Below, piece by piece: positions 1 through 9,654 of a DNA stretch of 64,000 nt. The notes beneath the pieces were generated by a model. It was not told the origin of the DNA and made no database searches. It worked only from the letters and a program-made list of their open reading frames with translations. Positions within the stretch are counted from its first letter, which is position 1; every line of letters starts with the position of its first letter. This DNA comes from Actinophytocola sp. GTDB lineage: Bacteria > Actinomycetota > Actinomycetes > Mycobacteriales > Pseudonocardiaceae. The stretch covers positions 76,002 to 140,001 of the forward strand of contig NZ_DASYTH010000428.1 in assembly GCF_036002505.1 (NCBI RefSeq), written 5' to 3'. Both the position numbers and the translations under genes were made by a program.

Positions 1-1
1 G

Positions 2-130
2 GACGAGGTCATGGCGGCCTGGATGAAGTCCAAGGGCCACAAGGCGAACATTCTCAACTGCCAGTTCACCACCATCGGCGTGGGCCTGGCCACCGACGGC
101 TGGTACTGGACCCAGGACTTCGGCTACTGA
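2..130 (+). CDS. C-terminal fragment of CAP/SCP (PR-1-like) domain protein; 5' end outside window
   Basis: Open from window edge: DEVMAAWMKSKGHKANILNCQFTTIGVGLATDGWYWTQDFGY*, a typical CAP-domain C-terminus; TGA at 128-130. Confidence 0.6.
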   Translation, partial: DEVMAAWMKSKGHKANILNCQFTTIGVGLATDGWYWTQDFGY

Positions 131-219
131 CGGCGCGGCAGCGGGCGCGCCCGCTCGTTTCCGCGCGCAGAAATCCGAGGCTGGGCAACCAAATCCGGCC
201 GGGGTACCGTCGCTCGGGT

Positions 220-1226
220 ATGACGCGCTGGAGGGCCGGCCTGGGGTTGCTCACGCTCGTGCTGGCGGTATCGGGATGTGGCCGCACCGTGTCCCCGGGG
301 GCCGCCGGCCAGGCTTCGACGTTCCCGGTACGCCCGGGTCCGTTGACGACGCAGGCCGGCTTGCCGGCCCCTGGGGCTGCCGGCCGGTTTCCGGCCGAGC
401 CCGGTCCGCCGGTCTGGGTCGACGCCGCCTGCCCGCCGGAGGTGTCCAACGCCGACCCCTTGTCGCAGGCGAACCGGGGCCGGCTACCCGACGAGTTCGT
501 CACCGCCTGGGTGCTGCGCTGCCGCACCGAGATCCGGTACGTGCCGGGCCAGGGCAAGCAGGCCTTCCGGGTCACGGAGCGGGCCGACACGCCCGCCGCC
601 GAGATGGTCTCCCAGCTGCGCCTGCCGGCCGAACCGCCGACGGCCGGAGGGTGCCTGGCCTACGGGGTCTCGGTGCCGTACTTCGCACTGGTCGACGCCG
701 GTGGCCGCGCGTTGCTGCCCGCGGTGCCGCTCGACGAGTGTCTCCGGCCGCGCCGGGAGGCCTTGCAGGAGCTGGACAAGCTGCCGTTCACCCGGCTGTC
801 CGAGACGCCCGCCGGCCAGGTGCAGAGCCAGGAGTCGATCGACACCGGCTGCCCGGAAGCGTACCAGGACATGATCATCATCTCGGCGGACCGGGCCAAG
901 CCGGCGCCGGCCGACCGCTCTGGCCCGGATCGCCGGCCCCGGTACGGGTGTGTTTCTACGATCCGATGCCCGGCAAGGACGTGCCGGGCGGCCGGCTGCG
1001 CACCGCGCGCACGATCGACGCCGGTGTCGCCACGGAACTCGTTGCCGCACTGGACAAGGCGGGCCCCGCTGCCGCGTGTTCGGTGCCGCACAACCGGTTT
1101 GCCTTGGTCGCGCCGGCCAGCCCCGACAGCTGGGCCATGGCCGAGCTGGACGGCTGCCACCGGCTGCTCCGGCCGGACGGCACCCTCGGCCAGCTCGACG
1201 ACCGGGTCGTCGGGTTGCTGGGTTAA
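220..1226 (+). pseudogene. Lipoprotein with apparent frameshift near 915-935 (two related half-domains)
   Basis: Lipobox LAVSGC after MTRWRAGLGLLTLVL. The protein-like reading leaves the 220 frame near ..ADRAKPAPADR and continues in the 276..1226 frame (VRVCFYDPMPGKDVPGGRLRTARTIDAG...LLG*). Confidence 0.5.
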
Positions 1227-1757
1227 GGCCTACGCGACCGCGACACACACCTATGCGGACGCGGAACCCTACGCGGACGCGGAACACGGCTACGCCAACG
1301 CGCGACCCGGCGAGGCGCTGTTCGGCCTCGCCAGGCTCCCGATTGGACAGCTGACCGTGCGTGGGGCGTGGCGGTCGTGATCCACTCCGCGGACCAGCGG
1401 CCGGACCTGCGAATCCGCCCGGTCGCGCCGACAGTACCCGGTCCGCCGTGGGGTTTACCCGCCTGACGACCCTCCGTCGGAGAGGCCGGCGTGCGGTAGT
1501 GTTCGACCCAGTCGGGAACAACTCGCAGGCCGGCAGTCGAGCCGGTTGCGTTCCCGGCGCACCTAGCCGGGCTGGCCGTGCCGCCCGGAGACGGGAGCAA
1601 CCGACATGCCTTGTCGGGCCCGCACAAACCCATCAGTGTCAAGAAAAGCGGTGTGACGCGCCGTTCACGATCTCTGCCAGGCGCATTCGCGCACTGCTCG
1701 AAGTCCCGCACGGCCGTCTCGGGCAGCCATCACTTCGACTCCGGAGATGACCCACCT

Positions 1758-2726
1758 ATGACCCTTGCCACTCCTGCCGCTCCGTCCGAGCAACCACGCT
1801 CCGCGCCCAAGCCGTTGCTCTCCGGGCAGCGGTCCCGCGCGGAGCAGATCACCGTCCGCGCCTTCCTGCTCATTCCGTTCGCCGTGCTCGCCGCCGCCGT
1901 TCCGGTGTTCTGGGGCTGGGGAGTGAGCTGGCTCGACCTGGTCATCGGCGCGGGCTTCTACGTCGTGTCCACGCTCGGCATCACCGTCGGGTACCACCGG
2001 TACTTCACGCACGGGGCGTTCAAGGCCCGGCGCGCGCTCCGGGTGGCGCTGGCCGTCGCCGGCGGCTTCGCCGCGCAGGGCCCGGTGATCGGATGGGTCG
2101 CCGACCACCGCCGCCATCACGCCTTCTCCGACCGGGAGGGTGACCCGCACTCGCCGTGGCTGTTCGGCACCTCGCCGCTGGCCCTGGCCAGGGGGTTCTG
2201 GCACGCGCACATGGGCTGGATGTTCCACCGGGACAAGACCAACGTGGACCGGTTCGCCCCGGATCTGGCCGCGGACCGCGGGATCCGGATCGTCGACCGG
2301 CTGTTCCCGCTGTGGGTGGCGCTGAGCGTGACCGTTCCCGCCGTGCTGGGCGGGCTGATCACGCTGTCCTGGTGGGGCGCGCTCACCGCGTTCCTGTGGG
2401 CCGGCCTCGCGCGGATCTCGTTCCAGCACCACATCACCTGGTCCGTGAACTCGATCTGCCACATGATCGGTGAACGACCGTTCGCCAGCCGGGACCGGTC
2501 CGCCAACTTCTGGCCGCTCGCGATCCTGTCCATGGGCGAGTCCTGGCACAACTCGCACCACGCCGACCCGACCTGCGCGCGGCACGGTGTCCTACGTGGA
2601 CAGATCGACGTGTCGGCCCGGCTGATCTGGATGTTCGAGCGGCTCGGCTGGGTGTGGCAGGTGCGCTGGCCGACGCCGCAGCGACTGGCCCGGCTGGTGA
2701 GCCCGGCGCAGGCAGCCCGGCAATGA
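1758..2726 (+). CDS. Membrane acyl-CoA/fatty-acid desaturase (stearoyl-CoA 9-desaturase-like)
   Basis: His boxes HRYFTH, HRRHHAFSD and HNSHHAD with TM segments; ATG 1758 chosen within ORF 1578..2726. Confidence 0.9.
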   Translation: MTLATPAAPSEQPRSAPKPLLSGQRSRAEQITVRAFLLIPFAVLAAAVPVFWGWGVSWLDLVIGAGFYVVSTLGITVGYHRYFTHGAFKARRALRVALAVAGGFAAQGPVIGWVADHRRHHAFSDREGDPHSPWLFGTSPLALARGFWHAHMGWMFHRDKTNVDRFAPDLAADRGIRIVDRLFPLWVALSVTVPAVLGGLITLSWWGALTAFLWAGLARISFQHHITWSVNSICHMIGERPFASRDRSANFWPLAILSMGESWHNSHHADPTCARHGVLRGQIDVSARLIWMFERLGWVWQVRWPTPQRLARLVSPAQAARQ

Positions 2727-3295
2727 GCCCGGCCGGCGAGTTCGCGCGCGCCCGGGACCGGGCTCGCCGGGACGAACGGGTGCTGCGGGGTCGGGCGGCC
2801 CGCATGGTCGCCGCGCAGGCGGTGGACGCGGAGGACCGTCGGAGCCTGCTGTCGATGTTGGGATTGGACGACCAGACGGACAGCGCGACCGCGCTCCGGC
2901 ATGGCCTTGCCGGCTACGTGCGCGCGGTGGCGGCGGCGGTGGGGGTGCCGGCGGAGGCCACCGGGTTCGAGGTCAGCGACACCGTGACGGCGTATCTGGG
3001 ACTGGCGCAGCGGTGGGCGCTGCGGCCCGGCCGGGACCTCATGCTGGTCTGGACCGAACGGCTGGGTTGGTATGTCGCCGTGGAGACCGGTCCCGCCGAA
3101 CGGCCGGTCGTGGTCGACTACCTCGGTGGCGCCGACGTCGTGCCGGCGCCGCAGGCCGTGGCCTGGTTCGTCACCGACGTGATCAACGGCCAGCGCCTGT
3201 GCGGCACCCGGCCGGAGTTCCCGACCGCGGACAACCGGAACGACCTGGCGGTGCGGCTGGCCGGCTACGCCGCGCTCGGTCGTTCGGAGCTGTAG
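2723..3295 (+). CDS. Hypothetical protein, translationally coupled to the desaturase
   Basis: ATGA start/stop overlap at 2723-2726; high GC3 frame; no motif recognised. Confidence 0.55.
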   Translation: MSPAGEFARARDRARRDERVLRGRAARMVAAQAVDAEDRRSLLSMLGLDDQTDSATALRHGLAGYVRAVAAAVGVPAEATGFEVSDTVTAYLGLAQRWALRPGRDLMLVWTERLGWYVAVETGPAERPVVVDYLGGADVVPAPQAVAWFVTDVINGQRLCGTRPEFPTADNRNDLAVRLAGYAALGRSEL

Positions 3296-3319
3296 CGCGG
3301 CAAGCCGATCGCCGACCTC

Positions 3320-3349
3320 ACCCCGCACCGGGTCGACCCGGTGCGGGGT
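3320..3349 (+). terminator. Perfect 30-bp palindrome (hairpin) after the desaturase operon
   Basis: accccgcaccgggtcgacccggtgcggggt; no T-tract. Confidence 0.45.
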
Positions 3350-3681
3350 CGCTATTACGCCACCCTGAACAATGCCGACGTGCTGCCGTTCGGCGGGATG
3401 TCGCGGGCTGGAACGGATGCTCACGGTCGCCGGAATCTAGTGCCCCGTTGATCCTGCTCGTCTTACCCGTCTCTGGCGCCCAGGCGGTCCCTGGCTGCGT
3501 TGTCGTCGGCCCAGGGACAACGCATCCGGTAGCTGGACCTCCTCCGCCTTGCCAGGAACCACCTGGATCACCAGATACGAGCAAGGAAGCAGAATCACGG
3601 GGCACCAGCCAATCCGCCCGAGCCGCCTGGCCGAATACCGGCTGGCGAGGCAAACGACCTCGCCAGGCGAAGGAGTTCACC

Positions 3682-3999
3682 ATGGCTCACCAGGAGCAGT
3701 TCGAACACGGCGCCGGCTCCGCTCCGCAGAGCGGGATCACCCGCCGTAAGTTGATCGGCACCGGCGTCACCCTGGCGGCTGCCGGTGTGGTCGTCGGTGC
3801 GGGCGGCGCCGTCGCCGCGTCGGCCGTCTACGACAACGTCGCCGGGTCGGCCGGGCCCGCGCCGGAGGACCCCGTGATGGTGCACCTGCAGAACGCGGAG
3901 AGCGGCCAGCTCGACCTGTTCGTGGGGGAGCGCCGGATCAGCTTCACCGACCGCGCCATGGCCGCGGAGATCGTCAAGAACGCGGCGAAGGCCGTCTAG
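3682..3999 (+). CDS. Small Tat-signal protein (105 aa)
   Basis: AGGAG 7 nt upstream of the ATG; twin-arginine motif GITRRKLIGTGVTLAAAG; first gene of the DUF4331 operon. Confidence 0.6.
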   Translation: MAHQEQFEHGAGSAPQSGITRRKLIGTGVTLAAAGVVVGAGGAVAASAVYDNVAGSAGPAPEDPVMVHLQNAESGQLDLFVGERRISFTDRAMAAEIVKNAAKAV

Positions 4000-4088
4000 T
4001 CATTCCCTGAGTTCTTCTCGTTTCCTTTTCGCAACCGGGCGTATTCGGCGCCCGGGTCCCCTTTGACACATTGTTGTGAGGTTGAACC

Positions 4089-5486
4089 ATGTCTTCACAC
4101 CGAGAGGCACCCGAGATCGCCAAGGACCCGGTTGCCGACTCCACCGACGTCTACGCCTTCGTCAGCCCGGACAAGCCGGACACGGTCACGCTGATCGCGA
4201 ACTACGTGCCGCTGCAGGGACCGGCCGGTGGCCCGAACTTCTACGAGTTCGGCGACGACGTGCTCTACGAGATCCACATCGACAACGACGGCGACGGCAA
4301 GGCCGAAGTCACCTACCAGTTCAGGTTCACCACGGAGATCCGCAACGAGAACACCTTCCTGTACAACACCGGCCCGATCCAGTCGCTGGACTCGCCGAAC
4401 TGGAACCGCCGGCAGTTCTACACGGTGACCCGGGTGGAGGGACGCGGTCGCACCCAGCGGCTCGGCCGCCGGATCCCCTGCCCGCCCTGCAACATCGGCC
4501 CACTGTCCACTCCGGACTACCCGTCGTTGGCGGCGGCCGCGGTGAAGGACCTGGGCCAGGGCCGGCGGGTGTTCGCCGGGCAGCGCGCCGAGGGCTTCTA
4601 CGTGGACCTGGGTGCGATCTTCGATCTGCTCGACCCGCGCCCGTTCGCCGACGCGCACAACCACTTCGGTCTGGCCAAGTTCCCCAAGTCGGGGCCGGGC
4701 GTGAACGCCACGCGGAACCTGAACGTGCACTCGATCGCACTGCAGGTGCCGATCAGCGACGTCACCAAGGACGGGTTCAAGGGCAAGGACGTCAACGACC
4801 CGCGCGCCACGATCGGTGTGTGGACCACGGCGAGCCGGCAGCGGGTGCGCATGCTGGACACCTACAAGAACAACACCTGGAGCACCGGCCCCTTCCGCCA
4901 GGTGTCCCGGCTGGCCATGCCGCTGTTCAACGAGGTCATCATCCCCATGGGGAAGAAGGACTTCTGGAACACCCAGTCCCCGGCGGGCGACAGCCAGTTC
5001 GCCAAGTTCGTCGCCAACCCCGAGGTGGCGAACCTGCTGCCGGTGCTGTTCCCGGGCGTGTTCCCCAACCTGGACAAGCTCAACAAGTCCGGCAAGCCGC
5101 GCGCCGACCTGCTGGCGATCCTGCTCACCGGCATTCCGGCCGGCCTGATCCCCGGTTTCCAGAACTTCACCGGGAAGACCCAGGCCGACCTGATGCGGCT
5201 CAACACGGCCATTCCACCGAACAGCAAGCCCAGCATCTACGGCCTGCTCGGCGGCGACCTCGCCGGCTTCCCGAACGGCCGCCGGGTCTTCGACGACGTG
5301 GTCGCGATCGAGCTGCGGGCGGTGGCGGGCGCGACCTACGCGCTGGTGGACAAGACGTTCACGCCCGACGGCGCGGCGGCCCAGGTGGACGACGGGGTGA
5401 CCCCGGACAACCTGGACTCGCCTTACCTGAACACGTTCCCGTTCCTCGGCGTTCCGCACAGCGGGTTCACCAACCCGGCCAAGTAA
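4089..5486 (+). CDS. DUF4331 family protein
   Basis: N-terminus SSHREAPEIAKDPVADSTDVYAFVSPD and the DNDGDG segment are characteristic of DUF4331; no signal peptide of its own. Confidence 0.8.
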   Translation: MSSHREAPEIAKDPVADSTDVYAFVSPDKPDTVTLIANYVPLQGPAGGPNFYEFGDDVLYEIHIDNDGDGKAEVTYQFRFTTEIRNENTFLYNTGPIQSLDSPNWNRRQFYTVTRVEGRGRTQRLGRRIPCPPCNIGPLSTPDYPSLAAAAVKDLGQGRRVFAGQRAEGFYVDLGAIFDLLDPRPFADAHNHFGLAKFPKSGPGVNATRNLNVHSIALQVPISDVTKDGFKGKDVNDPRATIGVWTTASRQRVRMLDTYKNNTWSTGPFRQVSRLAMPLFNEVIIPMGKKDFWNTQSPAGDSQFAKFVANPEVANLLPVLFPGVFPNLDKLNKSGKPRADLLAILLTGIPAGLIPGFQNFTGKTQADLMRLNTAIPPNSKPSIYGLLGGDLAGFPNGRRVFDDVVAIELRAVAGATYALVDKTFTPDGAAAQVDDGVTPDNLDSPYLNTFPFLGVPHSGFTNPAK

Positions 5487-5497
5487 GGAGAAGTCCC

Positions 5498-5839
5498 ATG
5501 GGCCACGGTCACACCCACGCGCACGGCCACGCGCACGGCCACGCCACGGTCGGAGCGGCCAGCATGGTCCTCGACATCGGTGCGGGGTTCGGCGCGCTGA
5601 TCATCCACACCGGGCCGGAGCAGGCCGAACTGGAGATCGAGATCAGCCCGGGGCACAGCGAGAACGCGCCGCGCAGCCACAACCAGGTGCACGCCAGACA
5701 CAACCGGCACGGCACCACCTACAGCGCGGTGTTTCCCAGTGTGGCTGAAGGTGACTACACGGTCTGGCGGACCGACGGCGCGCCGCAGGGGAGCGTGACC
5801 ATCCGCGGTGGCTATGTGACCGAGCACCACTGGGACTAA
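5498..5839 (+). CDS. His-rich small protein (putative metal-binding)
   Basis: AAGGAG RBS; MGHGHTHAHGHAHGH N-terminus; 12 nt after the DUF4331 stop. Confidence 0.6.
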   Translation: MGHGHTHAHGHAHGHATVGAASMVLDIGAGFGALIIHTGPEQAELEIEISPGHSENAPRSHNQVHARHNRHGTTYSAVFPSVAEGDYTVWRTDGAPQGSVTIRGGYVTEHHWD

Positions 5840-5849
5840 GGGGAGAGTT

Positions 5850-5893
5850 GTTCGCGGGGCTCGCCGGCCTTCGGGTCGCCGAGCTCCGCGAAC
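5850..5893. terminator. Bidirectional hairpin between convergent genes
   Basis: gttcgcggggctcg / cgagctccgcgaac, 14-bp stem with 1 mismatch. Confidence 0.45.
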
Positions 5894-5914
5894 AGCAGTC
5901 CCGCCACCCCGGAA

Positions 5915-8473
5915 TTAACTGCTGTCGTTGCGTTCCAGCGAACGGTGCGGTTGTCGGGTTGATCGTGGCTCGGTATCGTCACGGTCCCCTGAGGTGCGGT
6001 TGGTCCGGGCGCAAATTCTAATTCCGGGTGGCGGGACTGTGAGGGTGGCGGTGACCGAGGGTTGGCTGCTCGCCTTGCCGACCGCGTGGGCCCGCTGGTA
6101 GTGGCGCAGGGCGTCCTGGTGCCGGCCGAGGTTCCGGTAGCACTCGCCGATGTTGGTCAGCACCATCTCCTCGCCGATCTCCTGCTCGATCCGCGGCACG
6201 GTGTCGACGTAACCGAGGGCGGTCCCGTGGGTGACGAGCTCCAGGAGCTCACCGTAGTAACCCAGCGCGGCCTGGTGCCGGCCCGACTGGCCGTGCGCGC
6301 TGGCGAGTCCATTGAGGACGCAGCTCTCGGCGAACCGGTCGCCGAGCCGGCGCGCCGCGGCCAGCCCGGACTCGTGCGTGGCGATCCAGTCGGCGCGGTG
6401 CTTGCGCAGGTTGAAGAACTCCCACAGCAGGCACGGCAGCTTCCAGGCGTGCTCGTGGAAACCCTGGTCGGCGGCGAACCGGACGGCGGCCACCAGGTTG
6501 TCGCGTTCGGACTCACACCAGGCGGCGGCCCGGCGGTGGCTGGTGAACGTCAGCGGCCGGACGCCCGGCACCGGCGGCTCGAGCGGGATCGGGGCGTTGC
6601 GCCGGCACAGTTGCCGGTTGGCCTGCTGGGCGGTGTGCAGGTAGAAGTCGAGCAGCTGGTGTGCGGCCCGGCGCCGCTGGCGGGTGGAGTCGACGGTGCC
6701 GGCGCGCTCGCGGGCGTAGCCGCGCAGCAGATCGTGCCAGGTGTACCGGTCGGGCGCGGCCTCGGTGAGCAGTCCGGCCGCCACCAGCGCCTCCAGCCGG
6801 CGCCGGGTGTCCGGTGTGGACCATCCGGCGAGCGCGGCCGCGGCGGCCAGGCCGATGTCCTGGCCCGGGTTGACACCCAGCAGGCGGAACAGCGTGGCCG
6901 CGGGGACGTCCAGGGCGCGGTAGGCGTGGGACAGCACGGCGCGCAGGCCGCCGGCCCGGTCGCCGGTCGCGGGCGGGTCCAGCCGGGCCCGCTCGTCCCG
7001 CAGCTCCGTGGCGAGGTCCCGGATCCGCCTGGCCGGTTGCCCGGCGGCCCGCTCGCCGGTCAGGCGCAGCGCGAGCGGTACCCGGGCGGTCAGCTCGACC
7101 AGGTCGGCGGCGGCCCCAGCCTCGGTGCGCACCCGCTCGGCGCCGATCGTGCGGCGCAGCAGGGTCATCGCCTCGGCCCGGGTCAGCGGGCCGAGCGTGA
7201 TCCGGTGGGTGCCGGGCCGCGCGGTCAGGCCCGGTAACCGGTTCCGGCTGGTGATCACGACCAGGCTGGTGCGGGTGCCCGGCAGCAGCGGCCGGATCTG
7301 CTCGGCGCCGGCCGCGTTGTCCAGCACGATGAGCACCCGCCGGCCGGCCAGCAGGGTTCGGTACAGCGCGGCCTGCTCGTCCAGGCCCGGCGGGATGCTC
7401 GCGGGGTCGGCGCCGAGCGTGCGGAGCAGCCGGCCGAGCGCGGTGCCCGGCGGCACCGGATGCTGGCCGGGGTCGAATCCGTTGAGGTTGACCCAGATGT
7501 GGCCGTCCGGGAAGCGCTCGGCGACCCGGTGCGCGAAGTGCGTGGCGAGCGCGGTCTTGCCGATGCCGGCGCCGCCGTCGATGGTGACGATCCGGCCCGC
7601 CCTGGTGTTTTCCTTACCCAGCAGGGATTCGAGCTCGGTGAGCGGCGCGGTGCGGCCGGCGAACACGGCCGGAGCGGCGGGTAACTGGCGGGGTGTGGCC
7701 GGCCGGGCCGGCGCCGGGCGGCGCGGCGCCGGCAGGGTGAGCGCCGGGTCGGCCCGCAGGATGGCGGACTGCAGGCCGCGCAGCTCCGGTCCGGTGTCCA
7801 GGCCGAGCTCCGCGGTCAGCCTGGTGCGCAGCCGCCGGTAGGCCTCCAGTGCTTCGCCCACCCTTCCCTTGCGGTACAAGGCACGCATGAGCTGGGCGGT
7901 GAACCGCTCACGCAGCGGGTGCTCGGTGACGAGTGCGGCCAGCTCGCCGGTGAGGCAGTGGTGCCGGCCGAGGGTGAGCTCCAGCTCCAGCCAGTCCTCG
8001 ACGGCGCCGAGCCGGCGCTCGTCCAGCCGGATGGCGGCGGACGCCAGGATCCGGCTGCGGATCCCGGCGAGTGCGTTGCCCTGCCACAGATCCAGCGCCG
8101 ACCGCAGGGCGTCGGCGGCCTTCTCGAGGTCCCCGGCCGCGACCGCGTCGCCGGCGAGGGTGAGCTGCTCGTCGAAAATTTCGGTGTCCAGCAACAGGTT
8201 CGCCGTGCGCAGCCGGTAGCCTGATCGGTCGGTGAGCAGCACGTCCGGCCGGTCGAGCAACCGGCGTACGGCCGCCGCGATGTTCCGCACCTGGCGGACG
8301 GCGGTCGCCGGCGGGTCGTCGTCCCACAGCACGTCGACCAGCCGTCCGATCGGCACGGTCCGGTCCGGCTCCAGCGCGAGCGCGGCGAGAAGCTTGTGCG
8401 CGCGGCCGCCGCGAAGCTCGATGTACCGTCCCCCGCTCCAGACCTCGAGTGGTCCCAGCAGGCGAATTTCCAT
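5915..8473 (-). CDS. AfsR/SARP-family transcriptional regulator (wHTH-BTAD-NB-ARC-TPR)
   Basis: MEIRLLGPLEVW.. OmpR-type wHTH, BTAD region, Walker A GGAGIGKTALA, C-terminal TPR-like repeats; ATG 8473. Confidence 0.9.
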   Translation of the reverse strand: MEIRLLGPLEVWSGGRYIELRGGRAHKLLAALALEPDRTVPIGRLVDVLWDDDPPATAVRQVRNIAAAVRRLLDRPDVLLTDRSGYRLRTANLLLDTEIFDEQLTLAGDAVAAGDLEKAADALRSALDLWQGNALAGIRSRILASAAIRLDERRLGAVEDWLELELTLGRHHCLTGELAALVTEHPLRERFTAQLMRALYRKGRVGEALEAYRRLRTRLTAELGLDTGPELRGLQSAILRADPALTLPAPRRPAPARPATPRQLPAAPAVFAGRTAPLTELESLLGKENTRAGRIVTIDGGAGIGKTALATHFAHRVAERFPDGHIWVNLNGFDPGQHPVPPGTALGRLLRTLGADPASIPPGLDEQAALYRTLLAGRRVLIVLDNAAGAEQIRPLLPGTRTSLVVITSRNRLPGLTARPGTHRITLGPLTRAEAMTLLRRTIGAERVRTEAGAAADLVELTARVPLALRLTGERAAGQPARRIRDLATELRDERARLDPPATGDRAGGLRAVLSHAYRALDVPAATLFRLLGVNPGQDIGLAAAAALAGWSTPDTRRRLEALVAAGLLTEAAPDRYTWHDLLRGYARERAGTVDSTRQRRRAAHQLLDFYLHTAQQANRQLCRRNAPIPLEPPVPGVRPLTFTSHRRAAAWCESERDNLVAAVRFAADQGFHEHAWKLPCLLWEFFNLRKHRADWIATHESGLAAARRLGDRFAESCVLNGLASAHGQSGRHQAALGYYGELLELVTHGTALGYVDTVPRIEQEIGEEMVLTNIGECYRNLGRHQDALRHYQRAHAVGKASSQPSVTATLTVPPPGIRICARTNRTSGDRDDTEPRSTRQPHRSLERNDSS

Positions 8474-8638
8474 GTGCCCCAACCCCCGACGCCGGGGGTG
8501 TCCCTGGTCCCCGGCACCGCAGGCCACCCTAGCGGGACCCGTTATCGCGCCTGACTACTTGGGGGTACGTGAAAACGGTGTGACACAAAGGCTTTATCAC
8601 TTAGGTGCAAATGATCTCGTTGTCTGCCAACGAATCCC

Positions 8639-9631
8639 TTAGGGGATTGAATTCGGCCTGCTCAAGGTGAACGTTCGTGGCCCGAACGCGGCGAGCGCCC
8701 GGCGCAGCCGCTCGTCCCACCAGGACGATCGGTCCGGGTCGGACAGGGCGAACCGGTCGAGCAGTGCGGGATCGGGCACCGGGGGAGTGCGGGGCACCGG
8801 GAGGTGCCCGCCGGTCTGCCGAAGCGCGTCGACGACGACGTCCCCGGTGAGCAGCGCGAGCGTGCCGAGGCCGCAGGCGAAGTCCAGCTCGGGCAGCGCG
8901 CCGGCGAGGGCCAGCCCGGCGGCGAGGCCGACGCTGGTCTCCAGGGCCGAGGAGACCACGCAGGGCAGGCCGGTGGCTTCGGCGATCGCCAGCGCCCGGC
9001 GCACCCCGCCGAGCGGGCTGCACTTGATCACGGCGAGGTCCGCGGCGCCGGCCAGCGCGACCCGCATCGGGTCCTCGGCGCGCCGGATCGACTCGTCGGC
9101 GGCGATCCGCACGTCCACCTTGCGGCGCACCGCGGCCAGCTCCTCGACCGTGCGGCAGGGCTGCTCGACGTACTCCAGCCCGCCGGCCGCCCGGTCGAGC
9201 CGGGGAATCGCCGCGACCGCGGTGTCCACGTCCCAGTTGCCGTTGGCGTCGCAGCGCACCGCGCCGCCCGGGCCGAGCCCGTCGCGGACCGCCGCCAGCC
9301 GGTCCAGGTCCTCGGCCAGCGAGCCTGGGTGGTCGGCCACCTTCACCTTGGCCGTTCGGCAGCCCGAACCCGCGGCGATCTCCCGCGCCCGCTCCGGCCC
9401 GACCGCCGGCACCGTGCAGTTGACCGGAACCCGGTCCCGCACCGGCGCCGGCCACCCCCCGGTCGCCGCCTCGAGTGCGGTGGCCAGCCACGGCAGCACC
9501 TCGCGGTCGTCATACTCGGCGAACGGGCAGAACTCACCCCATCCGGCCGGCCCCTCGACCAGCACACCCTCGCGCACCGTGATACCGCGGAACCGCGTGG
9601 TCAGCGGGATGGCGTACGCCCTGGTGAGCAT
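8639..9631 (-). CDS. menC: o-Succinylbenzoate synthase (enolase superfamily)
   Basis: MLTRAYAIPLTTRFRGITVREGVLVEGPAGWGEF.., KVK/DANG/EQP catalytic-type motifs; GGGAGG RBS before ATG 9631. Confidence 0.8.
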   Translation of the reverse strand: MLTRAYAIPLTTRFRGITVREGVLVEGPAGWGEFCPFAEYDDREVLPWLATALEAATGGWPAPVRDRVPVNCTVPAVGPERAREIAAGSGCRTAKVKVADHPGSLAEDLDRLAAVRDGLGPGGAVRCDANGNWDVDTAVAAIPRLDRAAGGLEYVEQPCRTVEELAAVRRKVDVRIAADESIRRAEDPMRVALAGAADLAVIKCSPLGGVRRALAIAEATGLPCVVSSALETSVGLAAGLALAGALPELDFACGLGTLALLTGDVVVDALRQTGGHLPVPRTPPVPDPALLDRFALSDPDRSSWWDERLRRALAAFGPRTFTLSRPNSIP

Positions 9632-9654
9632 GGCGTCAGCCTCCCATGACCCGC

